The position numbers and the translations under genes are program-made. Source: Orbicella franksi (taxonomy: Eukaryota). From it: a DNA stretch of 64,000 bases. Below the pieces are notes generated by a model. It saw only the letters and a list, made by a program, of their open reading frames with translations, ran no database searches and was not told the DNA's origin. The first letter of the stretch is position 1. Each line of letters starts with the position of its first letter. Of the stretch, positions 1 to 13,500 are shown piece after piece. Location of the stretch: assembly GCA_964199315.1 (NCBI GenBank), contig OZ116712.1:11718001-11782000 (forward strand). The letters run 5' to 3'.

Positions 1-19
1 TGATCCTGTCTGTAATGGG

Positions 20-239
20 GTTCCATTTCATTACTCATTAATAGCATTGCTCATCACATTATGGCATCCTCTGTCACCTCCAGAATAGATGATTGTCTTT
101 CCTGTCATTGTCCTGGCTTCCTCAAAACCTGTTCACCTGTTATCTTATTCAGGTCAAGAATGCTCAGTTTTTACCTTCTTGTTTCCTTCATAAGTGTTGC
201 TGTCTTTCCAATGGCATATGCTGTTCTGGTGTTCCAGCT
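20..239 (-). mobile_element. Decayed LINE (RTE-like) APE endonuclease fragment
   Basis: Minus strand reads SWNTRTAYAIGKTATLMKETRR*KLSILDL, then after a frameshift TMTGKTIIYSGGDRGCH. This resembles the TWNVRT...IxxLGLSE...GxxIxYSG start of non-LTR endonucleases. Confidence 0.5.
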
Positions 240-1501
240 TCCTACATTGAAGAAGTCTTTGGACGTAAGCAAGGAATGTTTTATGCAACCTTGTCATGCT
301 TCTTGCTTCTTTATGGCTTTCACCTGGAGCAGTCATAGCGACTAGTTGTCACTCCACTGTATAGAAACTGTATATCCTGGCTACATGTGTTTCTGTATCT
401 TAATTTAATCTCCCTTACATTTTTGCTCCATCCCTTTCTTAATTCCCAAAGTCATTAAGAAGCTTTTGTGTCAATGTCTGATCAGGAAAAAAATTGGTTT
501 GTCATAAACAGTAAAATAGTTTTTTCTGAAGAAAGATAATTGTTTTGCTGTTGATAACTACTCTTTTAGAGTGTGCTATTGTTAATTTTCCCTGTATTTT
601 GACCGTTTCGTTTTTGATAAGGTGGTAAGTGCAAAGAAGAGGTTCTGAAACAAACCTGTCGGTAAGCTGTCAGCCAACAGGTTACTGGCAAGCTACTATA
701 CTGACAGGCTACCAACAGGTTACTGACAGTTTTCTAAAACAAAAAGTTTGCTGTAGAATAGACAGGAATAGAGTATTATATCCAATCAACAAAATTGTTT
801 AAGAAACCCCAAAACAATAATTGTTTTGACTTTTGTGTTACTAATTATTAGTAACACTTCTCATCACAACACAAAATTACCGATCGATGTCAGCATAGAA
901 AATATTGATCATGAAGTATTCTTTAAAAACTTAATTTTATATCAGATTTGTAATTGTGTAACTTAAACGGACGAGAACATCTTAAAGTTTAAACCATATA
1001 AAGCAGATTTCATCCAAAAGTTAAAGCAAAAACTACTGCATAACTCTTTCTTGTACAATACAATTCAACCCTGACATAATTTTAGGGGGCATGGTACTTA
1101 GTCGATCTTTCCAATATGGTGGCAGAAATGGCTTTACTGTATTTGTATAAATACTCTGGTCATTTTCTGCAGTCCTGGCACTAGACGTAAGCAGTGATTA
1201 CCAAAACTCAGAAGGTCATACTTTTCTATTCAATTTATTATATATCTCAGGTGCAGTATGGAGAAACAACATCAGATCACTAACTGCTGGCCAACTGTTG
1301 GTCTGTGTTTTGGCCAAAACCTGTCAGCCATCTGTCAGACAACAGTTGGCCAACAGTCGCCTTACAGACGGCTGACAAACAGCCAACAGTCGGACAGCAG
1401 ATGGCTGACAGTCGGCAACAGGTTTTTTTTCAGGACAGTTCTTCACAGTTACTTATATGGTTAAGGTTCTAGAAAAACTTTGCCTTTATTTTTTCTCACA
1501 G

Positions 1502-4500
1502 GGACTTAAAACCTCAGAACCTGTTGATTAACGAAGTTGGAGAACTAAAACTAGCTGATTTTGGTGAGCAATGAGATGTTTCTCTAGTAGACTGTCACAA
1601 TTATATTAAAGTGTATATGACATGACAAATAATTTCTGCTTACTAGAAAGGCCTTTCAAAATACAGAAGAATGGTGTTTTTCTTTTTGAAATATGTTTTT
1701 TTGTTTTAGAGATATTGATGTTTGTCTGTTATGCAAATTAAAGCAGTGACGACGTCATATTGTTTGCAGCTAAAAAATGGTAAATACTGAATAAACAATA
1801 TCCCTAGAAATATTGAAGCAGTGTTCTTGAAACTTGGCACCACAAATGTACTTCACAAAAGAAACAAAATGACACTGTTGCCATAGCCACTCTTTCAGCT
1901 CCAGTCTCTTTCTGTCAAAAAACCCAAGTTTAATATCCCCATCTGTAACATCTAAAGTGAGACAAAGGGTCCTACTTGGAACAGACATAGTTCCCATATT
2001 GTCTTAACTCCCATCATTAGATTGGGTGGGGTAGATGGTTCTTGGTTTAAGACAAAAACTGGGAATTTCAGTTTTTATTAAGACAGCACCAGCAGCAAAA
2101 CTGTTGTCATAGCAACAGCCCTAAGGTTATCATTTTGTTTCTTTTGTGATGCACATCAATTTTGTGGTGCCAAGTTTGAAGAACACTGCTTCAATATTCC
2201 AGAGATATCATTTATTCAGTATTTTACCACTTTTTAGTTGCAGATCTTATGACGTCATCACTGCTTTAATTTGCATGACAGAAAAATGTCAATATCTCTA
2301 AAATGAAAAAAGATATTTCAAAAAGAAAAATGCCATTCTTCTGTATTTTGAAATGCCTTTCAAATAAGCAGAAATGATTTTTCATGTCATACACACTTAA
2401 AACAAATGTCGCAGTTTAGTCTCATTCCAAATTCTGTTACAATCAACTCTCTCTAAAGCAGCCACTATCTGCTCAACTCCAGCTGACCACCTAAGAGAGT
2501 TGTTTGCCTTCTTGAATTAATGTAATTTGACACTATAAAAATACTGTAATTTTAGAACTGGAACAAGATCTTACAATTCGATAATCAGTTAAAACACACA
2601 TGGATATCTTCATTTCTTTGACCGAGTGCCCTTTTCTTGTTACATGAAATTTTGGTCATTTTACCACTTTTTGTATTTATATCCTTAACCAGAGTTCTTT
2701 GAATTTTGTCATATTTTTTCAAGTAGTAGTCATCTGCTACACAAGGCCCCTGCTGAAACCATGCTAGTGCTGAAAGGATCACCCTGCTTAAATAAAATTG
2801 ACTTTCACTCTCACTGATTTATTACTCACAAAGCCAGTGCAGCCCAAGGGATAATAATATTTCTCTGAAGCATCTCATTTTGGGGTTGTGAGCCCATATG
2901 AAATCACAAGTAATTGCTGCTGACATTTCAAGGGTTGGCATGGTATGCTTGTTCAGGAATGGTGGATGTATTTTGTATGGTTTTGAAGCCTTTTTTAGGC
3001 ACCAACTTGTCAGACTGTTTGCGTTTACACCAAACAATGTATTTAGGGTTCAATCAGTAAATTCATGTTCGAAAACCTAGGAAAGATAATACAATGTTTT
3101 TGTCACAGTAGCACTTATAGTTAAAATTAAGGGTGTCTTTAACAGGTTGTACTGTTACGGTGATATCCTGTTATAGCATGGAACACAACTTGTTCACTGA
3201 CGATTAGGCATTTACATGACGCCAATATTGAACATCGCCTGATGAAGAGTCGTATCATTCATCCATAAAAGTACAACTACTAGAAAGTGCTGCCCAGAGT
3301 CTGTTTCCAGTAAACTTGATTCTTTCCTAAGTCATTCCTTCTTAAGTCTTTCTTTCCTGATTTCAATAATTATTAATTCTGTATAACTTTAATACATTGG
3401 TAGTGGTAATTTTAAAGTGATCAGTTACTGAACCCTATTAAAATCCCGATGACATGTTCCTTCACCAAATGTTTATGATAAATTTCATTTACTTAACTGA
3501 TAATTCATATATTGTTCTACTATGATTTTTTGGATACAACCTACCATTTTATGACAATTAACCCTTGATTATACTGCCTACATGTAGGTTTGGCCCGTGC
3601 CAAGTCAGTTCCTAGCCATACATATTCACATGAAGTTGTCACACTATGGTGAGGAAAAAAATAATAATCATTAATTTTTAAATTACCTCGCTTTACCATC
3701 TAATTTAAATTACCTTTTACCAATTCTTTCATCAATAAAATTTATGTATGACAGAAAGGAATTCTATACACTGTCCATTTTTGAGAATGCCAACGATATC
3801 CTCTGTGAACATGGGCTCATCATGCACAGAACAAAATTCCATAATTTTGTCCTATGAATAACCGGCAATCTTTCATCTTTTGCTGTTGCCAAGTTCCAGA
3901 AACCACTGCAGTACTTTAATTCACCTTTGCAGTCTATAAATATCAAAGGTACTTGATGTGAATGTTGATATATGTAGGCATGTATATTAAGTCTGAGTTT
4001 TTAATTATTCCAAAACAATTTGTGCTGCAATTTACAAAGCACACATCAAGTCTTGGATAAAGTCAACGTTGGTTTGATTCTGCATATTCTTCACAGAACT
4101 TCACAAAATTTTTGTAGTTTTTAACAAATAGTGGAAAAGTCAGAATTCAAGTCAAGATTAAACTGAAAACAAAAAAGTATGATTGCGCATGAATGTTTCA
4201 CATGACAAAACAGATGCAGACATAGTTTGCGCATACACAATAGGAAATCGAAAACAGTTAAGTGTTTGTAAAATTACAATTCAAGAAGCTGAAAGACCAG
4301 CTCTTATAGTTTAGGTTTATGAAAGTTGTTGACAGCAACAACAGCAAACATTATTCTTTACAATAACTGGCCTCTTCCAGCCCAACAAACTTATTCCAAA
4401 GTTTGTGCTGGAAAAGGAAATAAATGCCCCATCCTTAATAACTGCTCCCTTTCTGATAAGTGCCTTCTGCATACTTAGGCTATGAAAAGTAAATTAAGAA

Positions 4501-7500
4501 GAAATTGGTATTATTGTATATTTTGGGATGCATTGAAATCAATATAATTATACTTGCGTGTTGATTTCCTGATAATCTTTTATTATTGCATGTTAGGAGA
4601 GAATTGATTTGTCTTTTCTACAGCATCTTTATGGTACTGGAATTTCTTCTCCTATCTTGGGGGCATAAAATATAGCAATTCTCTGCTGTATTCTCTATGT
4701 TATTCACTCATCCAAGTCTTGCTCAATTGGTCATACCCTGCCTGACATCACCTTAACATTGTCTTGTTGAGTCAAATATCATGATTATTTGCTGATTTTT
4801 AGGTATCGACCTCCAGATGTTCTTCTTGGATCAAAAGATTACACAACTTCATTAGATATCTGGTGAGACTGAGGAAAGGTTTTAAATAAAACATTGGTTC
4901 ACTTTTGAATTTTCAGTATTTATTGTTAATTATTATAATGTTATTATAAAATATGCAGCTGTGTAGTTGATCCTGAACACTGCAATACCACAAAAAAAAA
5001 ATCGGTAAACATCGCAATTTTGCAAAAAAAATTCACCAAATACCGCAATACTTCAATACTTCAATACCAAGTCAAAACTTTAGAGCAAATATAGCAATTA
5101 AGAATTTGCAGGGCCCTGGAATTTGTTAATGAACATGAAGTTAGGTTAATTTCTATTTAGACAACATGATCAAAACAAGTAACTTCCATTACCCTTTTCT
5201 GATTGCAACACAAGGAATTGCAGTTTTCTGTTACCATGAGAGCTAAGTTTCATTGGGAATGTCCAATCAGAAACTGGAAAAGGCTCAGAAAACATTGGAG
5301 GACTTGAAGGATAATTTCTAATACCGTCCAAAATGGAAAAAAAAAAAAACGAAAAAAAAAAACACGTCCCACAGGTTTGGAGAATACTGCTATACTACAT
5401 TTCCAGATTATAACTACTGAAATACCATAAGAAAAATTGTCCAATACTGCAATACCACAAACCCCAATGTCCCCCTCTTTCAGGGTAGTTTTCAGGAAAC
5501 TAGATTATAGTTACCATAGTCAGGGTTACCATACATACACATACAAACATACACTTTATCTAACCTTGGATTTAATAAAGACCAATGATAAAGGAATGAA
5601 GCATGTCCATACTCTTTAAATATAAAGTATAACAACAATTCAGGGATGTACACTGACTGCATGTCATCCATTTTTAACAGATCTCCATTCATTCAAATGG
5701 TTTCATGCCTGCCATCAGTTAAGAGACAAAAATTCACTCTGGAAACCATTCCTTATATACTACCTGCCCAAAATGAAATGAGTGAAATCTGTTGGCCTGT
5801 AAGTTTATTTCTTATCAAATATCAAAAATGGCTTTGACCCACCAAACACAGAGAATGAGTTATGAAACAGTGGTAATTTTGAGACTACTTTGCTAAGTTC
5901 TTAATAGAGCTAGAGAGGGAAACAATATTTTGTATTGTAAAAGCTTATGAAATATTATTTAAAAATTCGGTTATCCTCTTCAGGAAGCTATCTGTTACTG
6001 AGGCTGCTACAGGTGGTAGTTCTGAGGGGCTAGCAGTAATCAAATGAAGTTGCAATTTGCATGGTTGAAGTGGAAGCCTACACCAGCACTAAAAATTATT
6101 GTTTGTACCCTTTAAAGACCAGAACTGCCAAACTGAGAAGAGCATGAAATTTGTGACAGTACTATAGCTAATTAGAGATTTTTAAAATTTGATGACTAAG
6201 CAGTAATAGTGGAATTCTACTGGTGTGCTAATACTATTGGGTTATTCCAGAAAAAATCCATAGACCCTGATGCCCAGTGAATGGGCACATATTGTAAGCC
6301 CCCCCCCCCCCCACCTCCTACCCAGATTTCACGAAGTGCTAGGCCCCTCCCCCCCACCACCGGCCTCTGGATTTCCAAGGCAAAATACCCCTCCCGCCTG
6401 GATTTCCAAAAAATTTACGAGCCTTAAATGTAATTTATTTTCTATAAAATTATATGCAGACATCCAGACGATGCTCTTGTGTAATTTCTAAAGCTTAAAC
6501 AAATATTAAGCTTACAATTATTCTTTGGAACTCAATAAAGCAAGCTTATTAATGTGAAAAAGTTTTTGGACTCTCTTTAAATATTTAAAAAAATATTTGA
6601 GTATTGTGCGGGATTTTGCAGAATTGGAGAGTTGTGCATTATGTATTGCAACCAAGAGCGTGTCGCCATGCTTACTATTTGAAAAACAATCCGTTCTTGC
6701 GGATTTTACATGACTGTATGTAGACTGTACCAGACCAGTGAATTTTGAAACTCTTTTCTATGACAGCTATTTTTGTCAACAGTTACGTTTAGCAGAGCAT
6801 TGGGCAATGGTATGACAATACAAATAGTGTCAGATGTTACACACTCCTAGTGATCTTTGTTTCGACAGCTAGGTTTCTTCATGCTTGTCCTTTTGTCACG
6901 TGTTTTCTGCATGTTTACTGTGATCATGGAGAAACCTGTGTAGGTAACTTGACGTATCTCAGGAAAGAAAGCCATGAGAACTGAAATACTTCAATTTTTT
7001 GAGTTATTTTTTTGTAAAAAAGAATACTTCTTAGTGGGCATGTCGGGTATGTTATGGACGGGTCAATGGATGAGTGAGTGAGAGATGTATGTATGTCACA
7101 CCAATCAGATTGGATCTACTATAAACAGCCAGTCAAATTTCTTGTTGTAAAGGTAAATGGTATGTGAGAAGATTTGATCCTGATACAGTTCAGAACGGCC
7201 ATATTTATTCTTCTATAAAAGAGGAGGGAGTATTCATATATTGGGCCTACTTCAACATTTTCTGTGGGTTAGGCTGAGGATTTTGTGGGCAGGTTTGATA
7301 ATCATTTGCTACTGGATAATCAGTCAAAAAAACATAGTGTTTGGCATATAACTACGAGCATGCGATGAAGGGTGAGCTTTTCCCATTAGATAAGTTTTTG
7401 AATTGAGTCTTAGCCACTTTACCACTAGGTTTAAGATGTGAATGAAAAACAAGTTGATGTGCATGGTTTCTATGATAGGATCAATTGTATTTTAGGGGGG

Positions 7501-10500
7501 CGGAATGCACTACTGGGAATGTGAAGAGGTTGTGACCAGGTTAAAGTCATTTGCGTGTTGTATTGAAAACCTAACTATTGCTGCAGAGTTCGTAATCTTA
7601 TGAGTGTTCCGGGCATGCCATTAATTTCAGCATCCACTGATAAGTTTCAATGTGAAAAGCGAAGAGACTACGATTAATTTGGTCAACAGAAGGAATGGTT
7701 CTTGCTGACTTCTGGAATGAGAAGATACGTTTTAATGAAACTAAATCTTTTCTCTTCAATGTTATCAGGGTTTTGCTTATTCACGTTAATAACTAACACG
7801 AATTGTAGTTGAAGAAAAAGGAAATTATTTTTGTTCAAGATAACTTTAGTGAGGTATACGAAGTCTTGAGCGTTTTATTGTATTAAACACAAGGACTTTG
7901 GTAATTGAAAAATAAAGACTGACATGTATGTTGCCAGTTTGATTTTTAGTCCGGGTTTGGAGCGGAGTGTGACAGTTACATACATACATTGGCCAGGGTT
8001 GTTTTAGAGTGCATGATGTTCAGTGTAATGGTGGCTAGTTATGAACGAGATGAGCCTTGAGTTTTGAAACAGTTCATGAGTTAGTAGTATGCAAATGAAA
8101 CGAGATATTTTTATTTTTAGTTACAAAGGTAACTTGATACTTTTGTTTTTCACAAGGAGTAAACTCAAATAGAGGTCATGAATCATCGCTTCTAGTTCTT
8201 AGGACATGTTTTAGAGGAGACAAGACTATTTAAATTTGAAACAGTTCTAGCATTTACAATGAAGTGCAGGTAACGATTGTTTTGTTCTTGTTGCATGGAA
8301 ATATAACGAGATATTTTTATTTTTTAGTTACAAAGGGTAATTTGACACTCTTGTTTTTCACAAGGGTGTAAATTCAATTAGAGCTGACGAATTGTCGCCA
8401 CTTGTTCCCACGAGATGTTTGCTACCTTTAGTTACAAATGGTAACTTAACACTTTCGTTTTTTATATGGGAGTAAATTCAATTAGAGCTGACAAGTTATC
8501 GGCTATTGTTCCCAGGATGTTAAACAAAAATGAAGCTTTCATTTCTGGACGGTTTTTATGTCTCTGCAGTGGCAGTTCAATATTTTTATTTGATGGGCAT
8601 TTTATGACATTCTTTTCAGTTCAGGTAAAAAGTATGAAAACTGTTAAAATGTTCTTTGAAGACTGTGTGGCACCAAGTTAAAGTGCAATTTAATTAAAAC
8701 AGACTTTCAATGTGTCAGAGAGGTTTTTTTTCTCATTCTTTCTACTTTCAGTGAAGTAGTGTTGTTGCATTGTGTTGTATAAAAAGAGTAAACTTATGAC
8801 TCATATAAAATGTGAAAAGTTCTCTTAAGGTCGGTAATACGGGCAACATTTTTCTTCAACTTTTCTTGCAACTTTGTTGCATTGCAAGTTGAAACCCTCT
8901 ATTGTGCGTATTACCACGTTTGTGACCAACTTGTCTTGGAGCAAAATACAGTGTTGCTAGTCTGCAGAATTCTTCTTGGTTAATCGTGTGTAATTAAAGA
9001 TGGCACCTTCTTTCCTATAATTTAGTGTTTCCACGAACTTCCACTTTGACTTCTTGCCGTCATTTTGTCCTTGATTTTCCGTGCCAACGAAGTTCTGTCA
9101 GTATGAAGCTCAGTGTCATTTCAGATAGCTAGGCGAAAAGTTGTATTTTTTGTGACAGTTCTTCCACGCCTTTTGCCTTTTTTGCTGCTTGTTTTGAAGG
9201 GCCAAACAACACTGACTATGATAGCCCTTGAGGTCTTTGTACAGGGCAAATTTCTGACTTTCCAAGAGTTACTCGTCTACTTCGAATTCACCCTTGTCTT
9301 CACTGTCCACCATGTTTGTTATGTTTGCTGCGTTGCCGCGCTTCACGACAGTCAATCACAAGCGTTGAATTCAAATTTGTTGCGAGACAAGTTGTAGCTT
9401 CAGTGGTAATACGAGAAGCAAAACTAAAATTTGTTGCAGAAAGTAGAACTTGGATGCTTACCATTTACAGAAACCATCCGGTTGGAAATTTCAGGCAAAA
9501 ACATTAAACAGTTGAATACCACGTTGCGAGAGAAGGAATTGCTATAAAGTATATCCACATCACCTAGAGAGACTTAGAGCAGAAAATAGCATCACCTCAA
9601 ATCACAGCCCATATTTTCAGAAGCTTCCCAAATGGAATGGCACGAACCATTTGATTTTCCAACTGGAATTTACAGTTTTCCCATGTAAATGGTAAGTACC
9701 CCTTGAGTCTACTTTGGGCAACATGTTGCCCCAACTTGCAACACTGTATTTTGCTGCGAGACAAGTTGGTCACAATCGGGGTAATACACGCAACAATGTG
9801 TTTCAACTTGTAATGCAACAATGTTGCCAGACAAGTTGAAGAAAAATGTTGCCTGTATTACCGGAAGTAGTGTTTTTGCGTTGTGTTGTGTACATGTAAA
9901 AAGAGTAAACTTACAACTCATATAAAATGCGAAAAGTTCTCTTAAGGACGTTTGCACTAATTGTTTCTGCGCATCCTAACTGTGCACGCAAATTCACATG
10001 CCACATCATGCATCAAGCGCACGCACTATGTACTAAAATGAACAATGATAGGGCAGATGGCCATTGCTATTGCTTTGCGTGGATTTAACGATCTTGAACA
10101 TTCGGTGACCCCTACTTTTCTTACCAGAAACAGATTTTATTTACAATTATCGCCACATTGTCCAAAAATGGAAAAAAATCAATGTGGGAAGTTAAAAAAA
10201 TTTCAAGATATCTGTCCACAGGGCATCGAATCCTGCCATCTTGCGGCTGCAAGGCATGTTAAACTATGGTCACTAAATGTGAACTTGTTCTTTAAGAAAC
10301 CTCGTCAGTTGACTAAATTCACTTAATAGGTCCACTTAAACAATACTTGGCAGAGAACATTTCACTTCAAAGATCTAATTGCAGTATATTTGAGCTTACA
10401 AACACTGTGGCCTTATTCGCTAATGAAGCCTGATTTTTTCAGATTTAGGGTGTTCTTCCGGGCATGTTCCCTCCAAAACAAAGTCAGTGACCCCCCATTT

Positions 10501-13500
10501 TTTTGCCTTTTTGGCAAAAGTAGATCAGTACCTTTCTGTGTGGGAATATTTTGGGCACGAACATCCTTAACTTGAGTATTTTTGAGCAAAAATTCCTCTT
10601 AGGGGTTGGAACGGCTATGTGATCGGTGAGTGAGGGTGTTATGCATGTGCGCGTGTCACACCAATCACAGTGTGGGTTGTATCAAAGAATGAATCAAACT
10701 GTCTGTTAGAAAATAAGATGGTATCTACATTAATCTGGAGATGTTTCAGATTACTGTAGTTTTTTCAGTCAAACATTTTATGGCTTACTATTTAGTTATC
10801 TCACCATTACCGATGTAACATCATATGTCCATCATAAATTCCCAGTTTCTTTCTTGCTGTACATTGTACATCGCAACCAAAAAAACTTGTCAAATAAACC
10901 AAATCATTACTGTAAACAGTTCTATGAATGCTCCTATCTCCGAGACTTTTAGTTCACAAAAACAATAACTCTTGCATGCCTTGCGTGCCTATGTTTTCAA
11001 ATTCAGAGAGTGCTCAAGTGTCACATGTTACACATCTAAAAGTTCGAGGTTACCAGAACATTCAGTTGGAAATGATCCCTGAAAAAGATTTTTATGTTCA
11101 AAGCCCCATTTGCAGGGATTTTCATGGTATTTGACACCTTGTTCCAAGAGAATTTCAAGGAACCCTTCCATTGGTGGGGGGGAGAGGGGGGATTTTTTCT
11201 GGAATGACCCATTGCTAAAATATGCGTGCCTGAGTTATTGTATTGTTTCAGCCATTAATCTGAAGTTGGGGTACATCATCTACAAAATGGCAACATTTTT
11301 TCTTTTGTACACAGTATCAGAGTAAAATTTTGAAATACCACTGGGTCAACTATTCCAGCAACTAAATCAAAGTGCTCTATGAGCAAACTCAAGAATTTCA
11401 TAGTGAATGGTGATTGATAAGAGCTAAGGTTTGTGTGACGTGAAATTACTCTTTTCATGGAAAAAAAATGATGTTTAACAGCAGAAAAATTATGAGAAGC
11501 AAAAATCAAAGCTTTAACTGGAAATAATTATTCTGAAACTAAACTTTCACAAAGATCATTTCTCAAGACTTCATGTCCACAGCAGAAAGATATTTAAAAA
11601 CTTTTGAACCAACACTGTTATACAATTTTAATAGAATAAACCAACCTTTTCAAGACTTGTCTTAAACCTGATGTACACCTGAACGATTGAGATTAACACT
11701 TTCCCTGACCAACAAATGAACCAGAAATTTTACCACAATGATCTGGGTCGTTTGAACTAACAGTTACAAGCTGTCATTAACACACTATTAACAACCATTT
11801 AATTTGACTTATTTGAAATAACAGTTCCATTTTTAGCACAACACTCCCACTTACATAACCCATTATCCCAGAGATGTCAAATGAATCAAACAGCTTCTCC
11901 TTATAATTATATGGAATACTGGTCTGAAGAACCATCTCTGGAGGGAATGTAAACATTGAACAGTTCAAATATAAAAGTAAGTTACAGTATGATTTATTGT
12001 TGCTTCATGAGGTAAATTTGTAGTTGTGTTTGGCTGGCCAAATTCTCTTGACCTTTGCAGCGACACTACATGTAATTTGATTTCCAAACACCTTCAGAGA
12101 GAAGTCATAAGTGTTGTACACAAAAACCACGAGTAGAAATTTTGGTTGTTACATTGCTGGACTTAAGATCACATTGTAAACTACTTTATCAGCACGATAA
12201 ATAGGTGTACACAAAAAGGAGATAAGCATCACAAGACACCGACAGATTTCTAATTCTCACAGAGGCCCTCTGCAGACAACAATTCTAGATTGGACTCAAG
12301 CAACAATAAATCATAGTTATCTTCACTGTTTTTACTTCAAATTCAAACTTGATGAAGAGTCTGCCATTGCCAACATTTTCCCCTAGTGTGCATGTGTGAA
12401 TCCATTTCTGTTAACCAGTATTCCATGAAAGTTGCTGCTGTTTGATTGGCAGAAGTGTATTACAAAGAATGTTTTGATTTGAAGGTTGTGTAGTCATATT
12501 TGTATAAATGAAATTTGGAAAAGCACTGCTGAGACTTTTGCCCTGTTATTATGATTGTTGTCCCTGTTGTTATTTATCGACATTCAAATTCTACTTTGAA
12601 TGTTGATAAATAACTGAAGATGATTATTAAAAGAAAATAAAGATATTCAACTCTCAATTTCTATGAAGTCTTTCTGTGCATTGACTATCGTTTCATTAAA
12701 ATCTCGAGCATGATCTCATCAAATAATTTATGAACAGTGATTAATGCTGGTAATTCTGGCTTTTTGCTTAGGGGTGCAGGATGTATTTTTGTAGAGATGA
12801 TAACAGGAATTGCTTTGTTTCCTGGAACAGGAGATTACATTGCCCAGCTCAATAAGATATGGCAGGTAAGAAATGATTCCTTTGTAACATCCTGAGAATG
12901 GGTAGATCTAGATCTGTATGGGCAGAAATAAATTGAAGAAGGGAAATGAAGCTATGTGAGTTATCACATTACAAAACACTTCCAGTAAGTGGGACAAGTG
13001 ATGGTGGTCATCTTGTCTGCTAAATGTAAACTTGTGTGTAACATATGGATATGAAATCAATCCAGACCATCATGTATTTGATTAAGAAATACAGAAACAG
13101 ATTGTCTGTCAGCACCAGCGATGAACAGAGAAGCTTGTTATAAACTACAGCTATGGCAGACTGTAAGACCTCAGGACCAAGCTATATTTTTAATTTTAAC
13201 ACCCGACACTTAACAATTACGATAATAATGCAAGCTACTTAACAATAAACAGTATCAATTGGCGCTGAACACTGTGCTTGATGCTTACTGGTAGCACTAT
13301 TGATATGCCTGGGAACACCAGGAATTCACATTTAGCACTTTTGATTTGTTTTTTCCTGGCACAAATGGCTCCTGATATTTGCAGGCACACATTAGAAGGA
13401 CATATGGGAAGAAAATTATTCCAAGCAAGAGAAACAGGAACAGAAATGTGTCTCTTGTTTAATATCAGCAATTAAATTTGCAGGAGATTCCAATACAATG

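Noticed and set aside
3764-3946. Coding-like minus-strand stretch ([12 protein letters not shown]...[13 protein letters not shown] in a stop-interrupted frame)
   Set aside because: Multiple stops and no family I can name; possibly a decayed element.
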